NCBI RefSeq assembly: GCF_963921235.1
Contig: NC_086101.1
Coordinates: forward strand, 744,001-808,000
Length of the DNA: 64,000 bases
Reading direction: 5' to 3'
Source: Mobula hypostoma
Lineage: Eukaryota
Position 1 is the first letter of the stretch, and every line of letters begins with the position of its first letter. This document shows positions 1 to 10,832 of this stretch, one piece after another. The notes below the pieces were generated by a model. That model saw only the letters and a program-made list of their open reading frames with translations, had not been told where the DNA came from and searched no databases. The translations under genes and the position numbers were made by a program.

Positions 1-249
1 AACTACCCTGCACACATTTGACATACTCCAAACCATCCAGCCCTTTTACAGAATGGGCTTCCCAGTCTATGTGCGGAAAATTAAAATCTCCCACAATCTC
101 CTATAAATTACAATAAATTGAACTTTGCACATTTAGATGTAGACGTAACGTAAAGATTTTTACTCCACGTGTATGTGAAGGACGTAATTAGTAAAGTCAA
201 TTCAATTCAATTCCATGGGAGGGACTTCACGGTGCAGAAGTCGAATCAC

Positions 250-395
250 AAACGAAAAAATGTTCAGATGCTGGAAATCCAAGAAACTCACACAAATTGC
301 TGGAGAAACTCGGCAGACCAGGTTGCTTCATGATCCTGAAGAAGGGTTTCGGCCTTAAACATCGACCGTATACTTTATTCCATGGATGCTGCTGC
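250..395. mobile_element. PLE-tail-derived remnant with an inverted piece and a degenerate hammerhead (332-367, +)
   Basis: gatc-ctgaaga-agggtttcggcct-taaac-atc-gacc follows a minus-strand PLE-tail-like segment; GAAA is mutated to TAAA. Confidence 0.55.
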
Positions 396-619
396 ACATT
401 TTCTCTTATATGGGGGAGAGAGAAACAAAAAGAACTGCTGATTACTAGCGTCCCTGGGTGGGCTCGAAGCACCAACCTTTCGGTTAACAGCCGAATGCGC
501 TCACCGATTGCACCACAGAGCCGAGTATTAAAAGAAGTACGAATAAATGGCACATTTCAATTGAAATGCGGTTTCCTTTTACAGCTGCATAATGTGATAC
601 ATACGTGTTTTAAAACACG

Positions 620-850
620 AGGATGAATAAGCCAATCAATTTCCCAACTCTTTTTCTCACACTTCCCCCTCCATGGCCCACCTATCACCTTGCTTCTCCC
701 TTTCCTCCCCCACCTTTTAATTCTACTCCTCATTTTCTTCTTCTCCAGTCCTGCTGAAGGATCTCGGCACGAAACGTCGACTTTACTCTTTTCCATAGAT
801 GCTGCCTGGCTTGCTGAGTTCCTACAGTATATTTTTTGTGTTGATCCGTG
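620..850 (+). mobile_element. PLE-tail-derived short repeat with degenerate hammerhead (747-782)
   Basis: Pyrimidine-rich leader, then agtc-ctgctga-aggatctcggcac-gaaacgtc-gact and the agatgctgcctggc tail shared with the other PLE ends. Confidence 0.65.
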
Positions 851-979
851 TCTTCTATCTCACTTGCCAAACCGGTGAATCTGCTTCCTCATAACATCTT
901 CCCAAATCTTTGATTAAGTAGATATTCTGAGAAATATTCTTATATTGCAAAAATAAAATTCGAATTGATTAATTGAACG

Positions 980-1316
980 TCATCCTGGCTACCCCTCGAG
1001 GTCGAGGATGATGGCCTTCGTTCTGAAGAAGTGGCCCACAGAGTGAAGACGCCTGTGCATCTATTTGTTTAACGTGTACTTGATGTTGCACTCCAAGAAG
1101 CACACAATGCTTCACAAATCAACCAACTGATTCCAATGGCATGGAAACCACGACGATTGGAGCTGATGGATTTGTTGCAGCCTTCATCCGCCTTCACATT
1201 CCCCTTGTCAGGGACCTCACCCTCGACCTTACCGCCATGGGTGACCCTACCAGGAGCATAGCTCCAGACGGCATCGCTCTCGGGATCACAGGACGCACAA
1301 GCTTCTCCACCACGAC
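980..1316 (-). mobile_element. Short non-autonomous RTE-derived (bipartite) retroelement
   Basis: 9-bp TSD aattgaacg at 971-979 and 1317-1325; minus-strand 5' part (ttgtcgtggtggag...ctcctggtagggtcacccatggcgg) resembles RTE/BovB/Rex3 5' ends; 3' end has the stem-loop cctcgacctcgagg. Confidence 0.65.
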
Positions 1317-1494
1317 AATTGAACGAGAGCTATGAACACATACCAAAATAATCCACAAAAAATTTAATTTAAGAGACCTTTTTTGATTAAAGAAATAGAC
1401 TCTCTCCCTCCCAGAGGCAGACTCTTGATATGAGTTTTTTTCTCTGCTCTGCGAATGAGTTCCCAAACGTTAAATTGATATTATACTGCTGATG

Positions 1495-1496
<2 letters not shown>

Positions 1497-1573
<77 letters not shown>
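1497..1573. repeat. Compound (TC)n(AC)n microsatellite
   Basis: Directly visible. Confidence 0.98.
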
Positions 1574-1576
<3 letters not shown>

Positions 1577-1959
1577 AAATACAGAAAGCGCAGTGACTAA
1601 CAAACTGAAGGGGTAAATCTGACAACATAGTGGGGATATTGAACAAGAACACGCCTGAAAATATCTCAGAGGAATTGTCTAGATATTAGTTGTATGTGGA
1701 CGTTAATAAATACGCGATGGCCATAACCTTCTGGCAGCCTGTTACAATCGACACCAACGTAAGTAGTTCTAGAATCATTTCGAGGAAGTTCAGCTATCAC
1801 TGAAATAGAGTTATAGGAGTGATCTGGCAAACTCAGCACGAGAAATGACAGAGGTAAGAAGGGAATCTATATGAAAAGCCGAGTGACAGCAGAGTGAAGG
1901 GTGATGGAGTTTCAGCGAGGGAAGGATGAGGAAGGAAATATAAATTCTTCAGTGTTATC

Positions 1960-2400
1960 ATTTCAGATTATCTGTCCTCGGCCCGGCACATACGTTCCAT
2001 TAGAAAGAAGGCACGGCACAGCCTCGACATGTCATCTAAAACTTTGACAGACTTCAATAGACGCGTGTTTGGGAGTATATTGACTGGTAGCATGAGGATC
2101 TGACATGGAACCACCAATGTCCTTGTACGGAAAAGCCCATAGAAAGTAATGGATAGAGCCCAGTCCATCCCAGGTAAAGCCCTCTCTACCACTGAACACA
2201 TCTACATGGAATGCAGCACCCCGACAATACAGGTCATGCTCTCTTCAAAGAGCTTCATCAACAGGTCCATTACCGCTCAACTATCACACTCCTGAAGAAG
2301 AATGAAACTTCATTTACCCAACACTCAACTGTACCCACAGCCCATAAACTGACACTCAAGGCTCATCATTTCACGTTCTCGACATTTATTGATTATTCAT
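1960..2400 (+). mobile_element. Decayed Rex1/Babar-like LINE 3' fragment
   Basis: Resembles the LINE C-terminal region at 38300-38750 (gagtatattgactggtagcat...catggaac) but is broken by stops. Confidence 0.45.
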
Positions 2401-3261
2401 TTATTATTAATATTTTGTAGTTTGTTCGTTTGCGGTCTTTGTGAGAAAGATAGAAAACCTACAGCACAATACAGGCCCTTCGGCCCACAAAGCTGTGCTG
2501 AATACGTCCTCACCCTAGACATTAGCTTGGGTTACCCAGAGCCCTCTGTTTTTCTCGGCTCCATGTTGAGTGCGGGCTTTCAGTGATTCTCGTGTGTTTC
2601 GTTGTATTTACTGTGAACGTTCCTGTGCTGACGTGTATATACTCGGTAATAAAGTTAGTTTAATCCTGCAACTTTGAACTTTAAGGAGAGGGAACAAATG
2701 CGTGAGACGTGGACGCTGTTTCACAGTGTTGGGCAGGAGACGAAAAGATTGGCGGAGGCCCGCAGCTTTATTCTCCGGAACAGGATTGTGGCGGAGGACT
2801 GCACCGAACGGAATGCATTATCTATGGATATAGAAGAAAAGAATCTGTGGAATTCCTTGCTGTGCAACCCAAGTAATTTGGTATATTAAAAGCGACGGTC
2901 GGAGTTAAAGCTATTGGGTATATTTAAAGCGGACGTAGGTAAGTTCTTAAATATTAACATGGTCACACATTATGGGAAGAGAGCAGGAGAATAGGATTGG
3001 GAGGAATAATAAATCATCCATGATCGAATGGAGCAGCAGACTTCATTGGCCGAATGACATAATACTGCTCCCATGTCTGATGTTGTTATTGACTGATAGC
3101 ATTGATTCTGAGATATTAATATGGATCATTGTGTCCAATTGTTCAAAGATTTAATCAAATTAATCAGCTGTAGTAATGAAACTGCATACGTTTCAATTCG
3201 AAGTACACTGTGCACTAAACCTCTGCACTATTCCAGAGGCTGACTGTTACAGACTGAACAG

Positions 3262-4135
3262 TGAGGAAGGTTTTCCCTGCAGAGGGACTTGGACCAGCTG
3301 GAAAAATGGGCTGAAAAATGGCAGATGGAGTTTAATACAGACAAATGTGAGGTATTGCACGTTGGAAGGACAAACCAAGGTAGAACATACAGGGTTAATG
3401 GTAAGGCACTGAGGAGTGCAGTAGAACAGAGGGATCTAGGAATACAAATACAAGATTCCCTAAAAGTGGCGTCGCAGGTAGATAGGGTCGTAAAGAGAGC
3501 TTTTGGTACATTGGCCTTTATTAATCAAAGTATTGAGTATAAGAGCTGGAATGTTATGATGAGGTTGTATGAGGCATTGGTGAGGCCGAATCTGGAGTAT
3601 TGTGTTCAGTTTTCGTCACCAATTTGCAGGAAGGATATTAATAAGGTTGAAAGAGTGCAGAGAAGGTTTACAAGGATGTTGCCGGGACTTGAGAAACTCG
3701 GTTACAGAGAAAGGTTGAATAGGTTAGGACTTTATTCCCTGGAGCGTAGAAGAATGAGGGGAGATTTGATAGAGGTATATAAAACTATGATGGGTATAGA
3801 TAGAGTGAATGTAAGCAGGCTTTTTCCACTGAGGCAAGGGGAGAAAAAAACCAGAGGACATGGGTTAAGGGTGAGGGGGGAAAAGTTTAAAGGGAACATT
3901 AGGGGGGACTTCTTCACACAGAGAGTGGTGGGAGTATGGAATGAGCTGCCAGACGAGGTGGTAAATGCGGATTCTTTTTTAACATTTAAGAATAAATTGT
4001 ACAGATACATGGATGGGAGGTGTATGGAGGGATACGGTCCGTGTGCAGGTCAGTGGGACTAGGCAGAAAATGGTTCGGCACAGCCAAGAAAGGCCAAAAG
4101 ACCTGTTCCTGTGCTGAAGTTTTTCTATAGTTTCT
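3262..4135 (+). mobile_element. 5'-truncated CR1 LINE (ORF2 C-terminus and 3' tail)
   Basis: ORF 3289-4062: WQMEFNxxKCEV, LVRPxLEYC, ERVQRRFTRM, LERRRxRGDLIE, FFTQRVVxxWNxLP; ends in a ttcta-type tail. Confidence 0.95.
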
Positions 4136-4355
4136 AAACCTCTGCACTATGCCAGAGACTGACGGTTATGGATTGAACCCCACACTCTCACACTGTACCA
4201 GAGACTGACAGAGAGAGAATGAACCCATGCTCTCAAAGGGTTCCAGAGACTGACAGTTACAGATTGAACCCCAGAGTCTCAGACTGACAGAGAGAGAATG
4301 AAACCACACTTTCACACTGTGCTGAATGGGCAACAGACTAAAACACTGTACCAGG
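4136..4355. repeat. Degenerate ~45-bp minisatellite split by the CR1 insertion (another unit at ~3215-3260)
   Basis: Repeated ccagagactgacag...gattgaacccca units; aaacctctgcactat occurs on both sides of the CR1. Confidence 0.65.
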
Positions 4356-5035
4356 AACCCACGGGTGGGCCTATGCAAGTGGAGCGCATGCGCCTGTCTC
4401 AGGAGGAACGAGAGCGGTGCCGAAGCAGAGGTTCCTGTCTTTACTGTGGTGATCCAGGACACTTCCGGGCGGCATGTTCCAAGCGTCCAGCAAAAGACGA
4501 TACCCGTCAGCAGGGAGGGGAATCCTGACGGGTCGGTTCACTCTTCAGTCAGCTTCCCCAATTCTGTAATGCTCGCTGCTTCCTTGTCGTGGAGGTCTCA
4601 CACCCATGAACGTAAAGCTTTTATCGACTCCGGTGCAGCTAGGAATCTCATGGGCATCTCTCTCGCTCAAAGACGGGAGGTTCCAACACAGGAATTAAGA
4701 GAAAATTTCAACGTCAAGGCGCTGGACGGTCGACCTCTGGGAACGGCCATATCCACCTTTCCATCCAACCCCTCCAACTGGTGCTCAAAGGCAACCATCA
4801 TGAAGAAATATCTTTGTATCTGGTTAATTCACCTGAACTGTCACTGATGCTTGGTGTCCCCTGGTTATCCCGACATAACCAACGGATCGATTGGTCTCTG
4901 AAGGTACTCCAAGAGTGGGAACCGGCATGCCTGTCTGCCTGTCTGTGTCCCGCTCAGGCTCCATCCCATGAATGCCCTCCTGTGTCAGATAACGACGTGG
5001 ACCTTTCTGGGGTTCCGACTAAATTTACGGATATT
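4355..5035 (+). mobile_element. Ty3/Gypsy (Sushi/PEG10-like) gag C-terminus and aspartic protease fragment
   Basis: PMQVERMRLSQEERERC..CLYCGDPGHFRAAC (CCHC knuckle), AFIDSGA protease motif, LGVPWLSRHNQRIDW; frameshifted. Confidence 0.9.
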
Positions 5036-5197
5036 CCAAGGTAGAACATACAGGGTTAATGGTAAGGCACTGAGGAGTGCAGTAGAACAGAGGGATCTGG
5101 GAATACAGATACAAAATTCCCTAAAAGTGGCGTCACAAGTAGATAGGGTCGTAAAGAGAGCTTTGGGTACATTTGGTACATTTTTGGTACACTGCTG

Positions 5198-5982
5198 AAT
5201 CTATTTTACTACTTCAACATTAATACCTAACGATTGAACCTTCCTAACTAACCTTTTGTGTGGAAACTTGGCAAAGGCATTAATGAAGTCCATATAGACA
5301 ACATCCACCGCTTTACCCTCGTCAACTTTCCTAGTAACCTCTTCAAAAATTCAATAAGATTTATCAAACATGACCTTCCACGCACAAATCTATGTTGACT
5401 GTTCCTAATCAGACCCTGTCTATCCAGATAATTATATATACCACCTCTAAGAATACTTTCCATCAATTTACCCATCACTGACGTCAAACTCACAGGCCAA
5501 TAATTGCTAAGTTTACTCTTAGAACCCATTTTAAGCAATGGAACCACGTGAGCAATACGCCAATCCTCCGGCACCACCCACGTTTCTAATGACATTTCAC
5601 ATATTTCTATCAGAGCCCCTGTTATTTCCACACTAACTTCCTTCAAGGTCCAAGGGAATATCGTATCAGGACCCGGAGACTTATCCACTTTTATATTCCT
5701 TAGAAGCGCCAGTACTTCCTCTTCTATAATCATCATAGTTTCCATAACTTCCCAACTTGTTTCCCTTCCCTGACAGAATTCAATATCCTTCTCCTTAGTG
5801 AATACTGAAGAAAAGAAATTGTTCAAAATCTCCCTTATCTCTTTTGGGTCCGAACATAGCCGTCCACTCTGATTCTCTAAGGGACCAATTTTATCCCTCA
5901 CTATCCTTTTGCTATTAATATGACTGTAGAAATCATTGGATTTATTTTCACCTTATTTGCCAAAGCAATCTCATATCTTCTT
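5198..5982 (-). mobile_element. CR1 LINE ORF2 fragment, left part of a copy split by the PLE
   Basis: ORF 5248-5901: KSPGPD, VPEDWRIAHVVP, NYWPVSLTS, SQHRF..GRSCLINL. Confidence 0.92.
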
Positions 5983-6088
5983 AAAAACGCAAACAACAGG
6001 AATTCTGCAGATGCTGAAAATTCAAGCAACACACATAAAAGTTGCTGGTGTACGCAGCAGGCCAGGCAGCATCTCTAGGAAGAGGTGC

Positions 6089-6124
6089 AGTCGACGTTTC
6101 AGGCAGAGACCCTTCGTCAGGACT
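6089..6124 (-). ncRNA. Minimal type I hammerhead ribozyme, intact core
   Basis: AGUC-CUGACGA-AGGgucucugCCU-GAAAC-GUC^GACU; predicted cleavage between 6093 and 6092. Confidence 0.88.
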
Positions 6125-6424
6125 AACTGAAGGAAGAGTGAGTAAGGGATTTGAAAGTTGGAGGGGGAGGGGGAGCTCAAAAATGATAGGAGAAGACAGG
6201 AAGGGGAGGGATGGAGCCAAGAGCTGGACAGGTGATAGGCAAAGGGGATACGAGAGGATCATGGGACAGGAGGTCAGGGAAGAAAGACAAGCGGGGGGGG
6301 TGCGGGGAACCAGAGGATGGGCAAGGGGTATATTCAGAGGGACAGAGGGAGAAAAAGAAGAGTGAGAGAAAGAATGTGTGTATAAAAATAAGTAACAGAT
6401 GGGATACGAGGGGGAGGTGGGGCA

Positions 6425-6900
6425 TTAGCAGAAGTTAGAGAAGTCAATGTTCATGCCATCAGGTTGGAGGCTACCCAGACGGAATATAAGGTGTTGTTCC
6501 TCCAACCTGAGTGTGGCTTCATCTTTACAGTAGAGGATGCCGTGGATAGACATGTCAGAATGGGAATGGGATGTGGAATTAAAATGTGTGGCCACTGGGA
6601 GATCCTGTTTTCTCTGGCGGACAGAGCGTAGGTGTTCAGCAAAGCGGTCTCCGAGTCTGCGTCGGGTCTCACCAATATATAAAAGGCCACATCGGGAGCA
6701 CCGGACGCAGTATACCACCCCAGCCGACTCGCAGGTGAAGTGTTGCCTCACCTGGAAGGACTGTTTGAGGCCCTGAATTGTGGTAAGGGAGGAAGTGTAA
6801 GGGCATGTGTAGCACTTGTTCCGCTTACAAGGATAAGTGCCAGGAGAGAGATCGGTGGGAAGGAATGGGGGGGGGGGAACGAATGGACAAGGGAGTTGCA
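6425..6900 (-). CDS. PLE Cys-rich linker and GIY-YIG endonuclease, frameshifted relative to the RT
   Basis: PCKRNKCYTCPY linker, VVYCVRCSRCGLLYIGETRRRLGDRFAEH, LEEQHLI...PDGMN. Confidence 0.9.
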
Positions 6901-9617
6901 TAGGGAGCAATCCCTGCGGAAAGCGGGGTGGGGGGGGAGGGAAAGTTGTGCTTAGTGGTGGGATCCCGCTGGAGGTGGCGGAAGTTACGGAGAATAATAT
7001 GTTGGACCCGGAGGCTGGTGGGGTGGTAGGTGAGGACCAGGGGAACCCTATTCCTAGTGGGGTGGCGGGAGGATGGAGTGAGAGCAGATGTACGTGAAAT
7101 GGGGGAGATGCGTTTAAGAGCAGAGTTGATAGTGGAGGAAGGGAAGCCCCTTTCTTTAAAAAAGGAAGACATCTCCCTCGTCCTAGAATGAAAAGCCTTA
7201 TCCTGAGAGCAGATGCGGCGGAGACGGAGGAATTGCGAGAAGGAGGTGGCGTTTTTGCAAGAGACAGGGTGAGAAGAGGAATAGTCCAGATAGCTGTGAG
7301 AGTCAGTAGGCTTATAGTAGACATCAATGGATAAGCTGTCTCCAGAGACAGAGACAGAAAGATCTAGAAAGGGGAGGGAGGTGTCGGAAATGGACCAGGT
7401 AAACTTGAGGGCAGGGTGAAAGTTGGAGGCAAAGTTAATAAAGTCAACGAGCTCTGCATGCGTGCAGGAAGCAACGCCAGTGCAGTCGTCGATGTAGCGA
7501 AGGAAAAGTGGGGGACAGATACCAGAATAGGCACGGAACATAGATTGTTCCACAAAGCCAACAAAAAGGCAGGCATAGCTAGGACCCATACGGGTGCCCA
7601 TAGCTACACCTTTAGTTTGGAGGAAGTAGGAGGAGCCAAAGGAGAAATTATTAAGAGTAAGGACTAATTCCGCTAGACGGAGCAGTGTGGTGGTAGAGGG
7701 AAACTGATTAGGTCTGGAATCCAAAAAGAAGCGTAGAGCTTTGAGACCTTCCTGATGGGGGATGGAAGTATATAGGGACTGGACATCCATGGTGAAAATA
7801 AAGCGGTGGGGGCCAGTGAACTTAAAATCATCGAAAAGTTTAAGAGCGTGAGAAGTGTCACGAACATAGGTAGGAAGGGATTGAACAAGGGGGTATAAAA
7901 CCGTGTCGAGGAATGCAGAACTGAGTTCGGTGGAGCAGGAGCAAGCTGAGACAATAGGTCGGCCAGGACAAGCAGGTTTGTGGATCTTGGGTGGGAGGTA
8001 GAAACGGGAAGTGGGAGGTGTGGGAACTATAAGGTTGGTAGCAGTGGATGGGAGATCCCCTGAGCGGATAAGGTCAGTGATGGTGTGGGAGACAATGGCC
8101 TGGTGCTCCTTAGTGGGGTCACGATCGAGGGGTAAATAAGAGGAGGTATTCGCGAGTTGTCGCTGTGCCTCGGCAAGGTAGAGGTCAGTACGCCAGACTA
8201 CAACAGCACCCCCCTTATCAGTGGGTTTAATAATAAGGTTAGGATTAGTGCGGAGGGAGTGGAGAGCAGAGCGTTCCGAAGGAGTGAGGTTGGAATGGGG
8301 ACAAGGTGCGGTGAAGTCGAGACGGTTGATGTTCCGTCGGCAGTTAGCGATAAGGAGATCCAGAGCAGGCAGAAGACCAGAGCGGGGTGTCCATGAAGAA
8401 GAGGAGGGTTGAAGACGGGAGAAGGGGTCATCGGTGGGGGTGGAAGAGTCCTTGCCGAAGAAGTAGGCTCGGAGACGGAGACGGCGGAAGAAAAGTTCCG
8501 CATCATGGCGAACACGGAACTCGCTGAGGTGTGGGCGAAGGGGGACAAAGGTGAGGCCCTTACTGAGGACAGAGCGCTCTGCCTCCGACAGATGAAGGTC
8601 GGAGGGGATGGTAAAGACCCGGCACAGATGAGAGCTGGGATCAGAGGGGGGAGGGGGGAGGCTGGGGGTGTCAATGGAGAGGGTAGGGTTGGGGTGAGAG
8701 GAAGATGGAGCCTCTGAGGGCCCAGGAGCTGACGGTGGGATCTGAGGGAGACGGAATGCAGAGTGGTGGTGGGGGAAGGGGAGACGGGAGTCACAATAGC
8801 AGCACATAAAGACCCGGCCTGGAGTCCTGACGAAGGGTCTCGGCCTGAAATGTCGACTCCACCTCTTCCTAGAGATGTTGCCTGGCCTGCTGCGTTCACC
8901 AGCAACTTTTGTGTGTGTTGCTTGAATTTCCAGCATCTGCAGAATTCCTGTTGTTTGCTGGAGTTCAAGGCTGGAGTCGCAGTTGGTGGTTGCGCAATCA
9001 CTTTGAATGTGTCCATGGTCGTTGCTGGAGTCCGGGTTTTGAATATGCCCTGAGGTGTTGGAGCTGGTGAGATCAATGGCTGGGGCCGCAATCTGAAGTT
9101 CATGCCTGCTAGTTTCACGGCCAGCAGGCTCTGGAGTCCGTAGATGTAGGATCTTGCGATCTTTGCCTAACATGACAAAGTCAAAAAAACGGCGGTTGCA
9201 GGCGTGAATCCGACGGAGGATGAAATAACGGGTAGGACCATTACAGACGGCGAAGAAAGTGTCCCGAAGGTGTGGAAGGGTCTGGGATAGGGACACCAAG
9301 TACCTCCTCATGGCGGAGAGCGTCGCCTTCAGAGCTTGACGGGAGAAGCGGCGAGAGGCAGAGTCAATAAAATGTGAGTACCTGGGATCCTCAGAAGGTC
9401 CAAATTGAGAGGCTCGGAAACGAATCCTAAAGCCAACTGGAGTAAGTTCGCGACGGAGGCACGTTCCAAGAAAGGATATATGGCTGTGATAGCGAGTCTG
9501 AGTCAAAGTGTGGTCGAAAAGTTGAAGAGCCGAAGAAATTACAGATGGGGAGCAGTGAGAGATGGTTTCACTGAACTCCCGTCGAAGAAAGGATCTAAAC
9601 TTCTTCGGTGTAGGCAT
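6825..9617 (-). CDS. PLE N-terminal domain plus reverse transcriptase (likely start MPTPKK at 9617)
   Basis: HISFLGTC..TPVGF, SVLSKGLTFVP, IIKPTDKGGAVVV, KIHKP..PGRPIVS, FTMDVQSLYTSIP, GVAMGT, RYIDD; frameshifts in G-tracts near 6860-6945. Confidence 0.9.
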   Translation of the reverse strand: MPTPKKFRSFLRREFSETISHCSPSVISSALQLFDHTLTQTRYHSHISFLGTCLRRELTPVGFRIRFRASQFGPSEDPRYSHFIDSASRRFSRQALKATLSAMRRYLVSLSQTLPHLRDTFFAVCNGPTRYFILRRIHACNRRFFDFVMLGKDRKILHLRTPEPAGRETSRHELQIAAPAIDLTSSNTSGHIQNPDSSNDHGHIQSDCATTNCDSSLELQQTTGILQMLEIQATHTKVAGERSRPGNISRKRWSRHFRPRPFVRTPGRVFMCCYCDSRLPFPHHHSAFRLPQIPPSAPGPSEAPSSSHPNPTLSIDTPSLPPPPSDPSSHLCRVFTIPSDLHLSEAERSVLSKGLTFVPLRPHLSEFRVRHDAELFFRRLRLRAYFFGKDSSTPTDDPFSRLQPSSSSWTPRSGLLPALDLLIANCRRNINRLDFTAPCPHSNLTPSERSALHSLRTNPNLIIKPTDKGGAVVVWRTDLYLAEAQRQLANTSSYLPLDRDPTKEHQAIVSHTITDLIRSGDLPSTATNLIVPTPPTSRFYLPPKIHKPACPGRPIVSACSCSTELSSAFLDTVLYPLVQSLPTYVRDTSHALKLFDDFKFTGPHRFIFTMDVQSLYTSIPHQEGLKALRFFLDSRPNQFPSTTTLLRLAELVLTLNNFSFGSSYFLQTKGVAMGTRMGPSYACLFVGFVEQSMFRAYSGICPPLFLRYIDDCTGVASCTHAELVDFINFASNFHPALKFTWSISDTSLPFLDLSVSVSGDSLSIDVYYKPTDSHSYLDYSSSHPVSCKNATSFSQFLRLRRICSQDKAFHSRTREMSSFFKERGFPSSTINSALKRISPISRTSALTPSSRHPTRNRVPLVLTYHPTSLRVQHIILRNFRHLQRDPTTKHNFPSPPTPLSAGIAPYATPLSIRSPPPIPSHRSLSWHLSL
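8821..8860 (+). ncRNA. Minimal hammerhead ribozyme, antisense within the PLE ORF
   Basis: GGAGUC-CUGACGA-AGGgucucggCCU-GAAAU-GUC^GACUCC; 6-bp stem I; stem III has C to U. Confidence 0.78.
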
Positions 9618-10832
9618 CACCGGAAGAGGCTTCGCAGTAGTGAATTTAAACGCAAACAACAGGAATTCTGCAGATGCTGGAAATTCAGGCAACACACATA
9701 AAAGTTGCTGGTGAACGCAGAAGGCCAGGCAGCATCGTCAGGACTAACTGAAGGAAGAGTGAGTAAGGGATTTGAAAGTTGGAGGGGGAGGGGGAGTTCC
9801 AAAATGATAGGAGAAGACATGACAGGGAGGGATGGAGCCAAGAGCTGGACAGGTGATAGGCAAAAGGGATACGAGAGGATCATGGGACAGGAGGTCCGGG
9901 AAGAAAGACAAGCGGGGGGGAAGGGAACCAAAGGATGGGCAAGGGGTATATTCAGAGGGACAGAGGGAGAAAAAGGAGAGTGAGAGAAAGAATGTGTGTA
10001 TAAAAATAAGTAACAGAAGGGGTACGAGGGGGAGGTGGGGCATTAACGGAAGTTAGAGAAGTCGATGTTCATGCCATCAGGTTGCAGGCTACCCAGACGG
10101 AATATAAGGTGTTGTTCCTCCAACCTGAGTGTGGCTTCATCTTTACAGTAGAGGATGCCGTGGATAGACATATCAGAATGGGAATGAGATGTGGAATTAA
10201 AATGTGTGGCCACTGGGAGATCCTGCTTTCTCTGGCAGACAGAGCGTAGGTGTTCAGCAAAGCGGTCTCCGAGTCTGCGTCGGGTCTCACCAATATATAA
10301 AAGGCCACATCGGGAGCACCGGACGCAGTATATCACCCCAGCCGACTCACAGGTGAAGTGTTGCCTCACCTGAAAGGACTGTTTGGGGCCCTGAATGGTG
10401 GTAAGGGAGGAAATGTAAGGGCATGTGTAGCACTTGTTCCGCTTACACGGATAAGTGTCAGGAGGGAGATCAGTGGGGAGGGATGGGGGGGACGAATGGA
10501 CAAGGGAGTCACGTAGGGAGCGATCCCTGCAGAATACAGAGAGGGGGGGGGAGGGAAAGATGTGCTTAGTGGTGGGATCCCGTTGGAGGTGGCGGAAGTT
10601 ACGGAGAATAATATGTTGGACCCGGAGGCTGGTGGGGTGATAGGTGAGGACCAGGGGAACCCTATTCCTAGTGGGGTGGCGGGAGGGTGGAGTGAGAGCA
10701 GATGTACGTGAAATGGGGGAGATGCGTTTAAGAGCAGAGTTGACAGTGGAGGAAGGGAACCCCCATTTCTTTAAAAAAGGAAGACACCTCCCTCGTCCTA
10801 GAATGAAAAAACAGCAACTTTTATGTGTGTTG

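Larger units (their letters stand above)
5983..10832 (-). mobile_element. Near full-length Penelope-like element (Neptune-like), partial tandem with pseudo-LTRs
   Basis: 13-bp TSD ctcatatcttctt at 5970-5982 and 10833-10845; 5'-truncated upstream copy (10810-9650), body (9650-6425) and 3' pLTR (6425-5983); short inverted pLTR piece at the 5' junction (10812-10832). Confidence 0.95.

Noticed and set aside
4326..5044. Domesticated PEG10/RTL-like gene
   Set aside because: Fragmentary, frameshifted and bounded by other repeats
8198..9118. 306-aa ORF and other recurrent alternative-frame PLE ORFs (MSTISLLT..., MAFYILVRP...)
   Set aside because: Shadow frames of a GC-rich repeated element; they recur only because the element does
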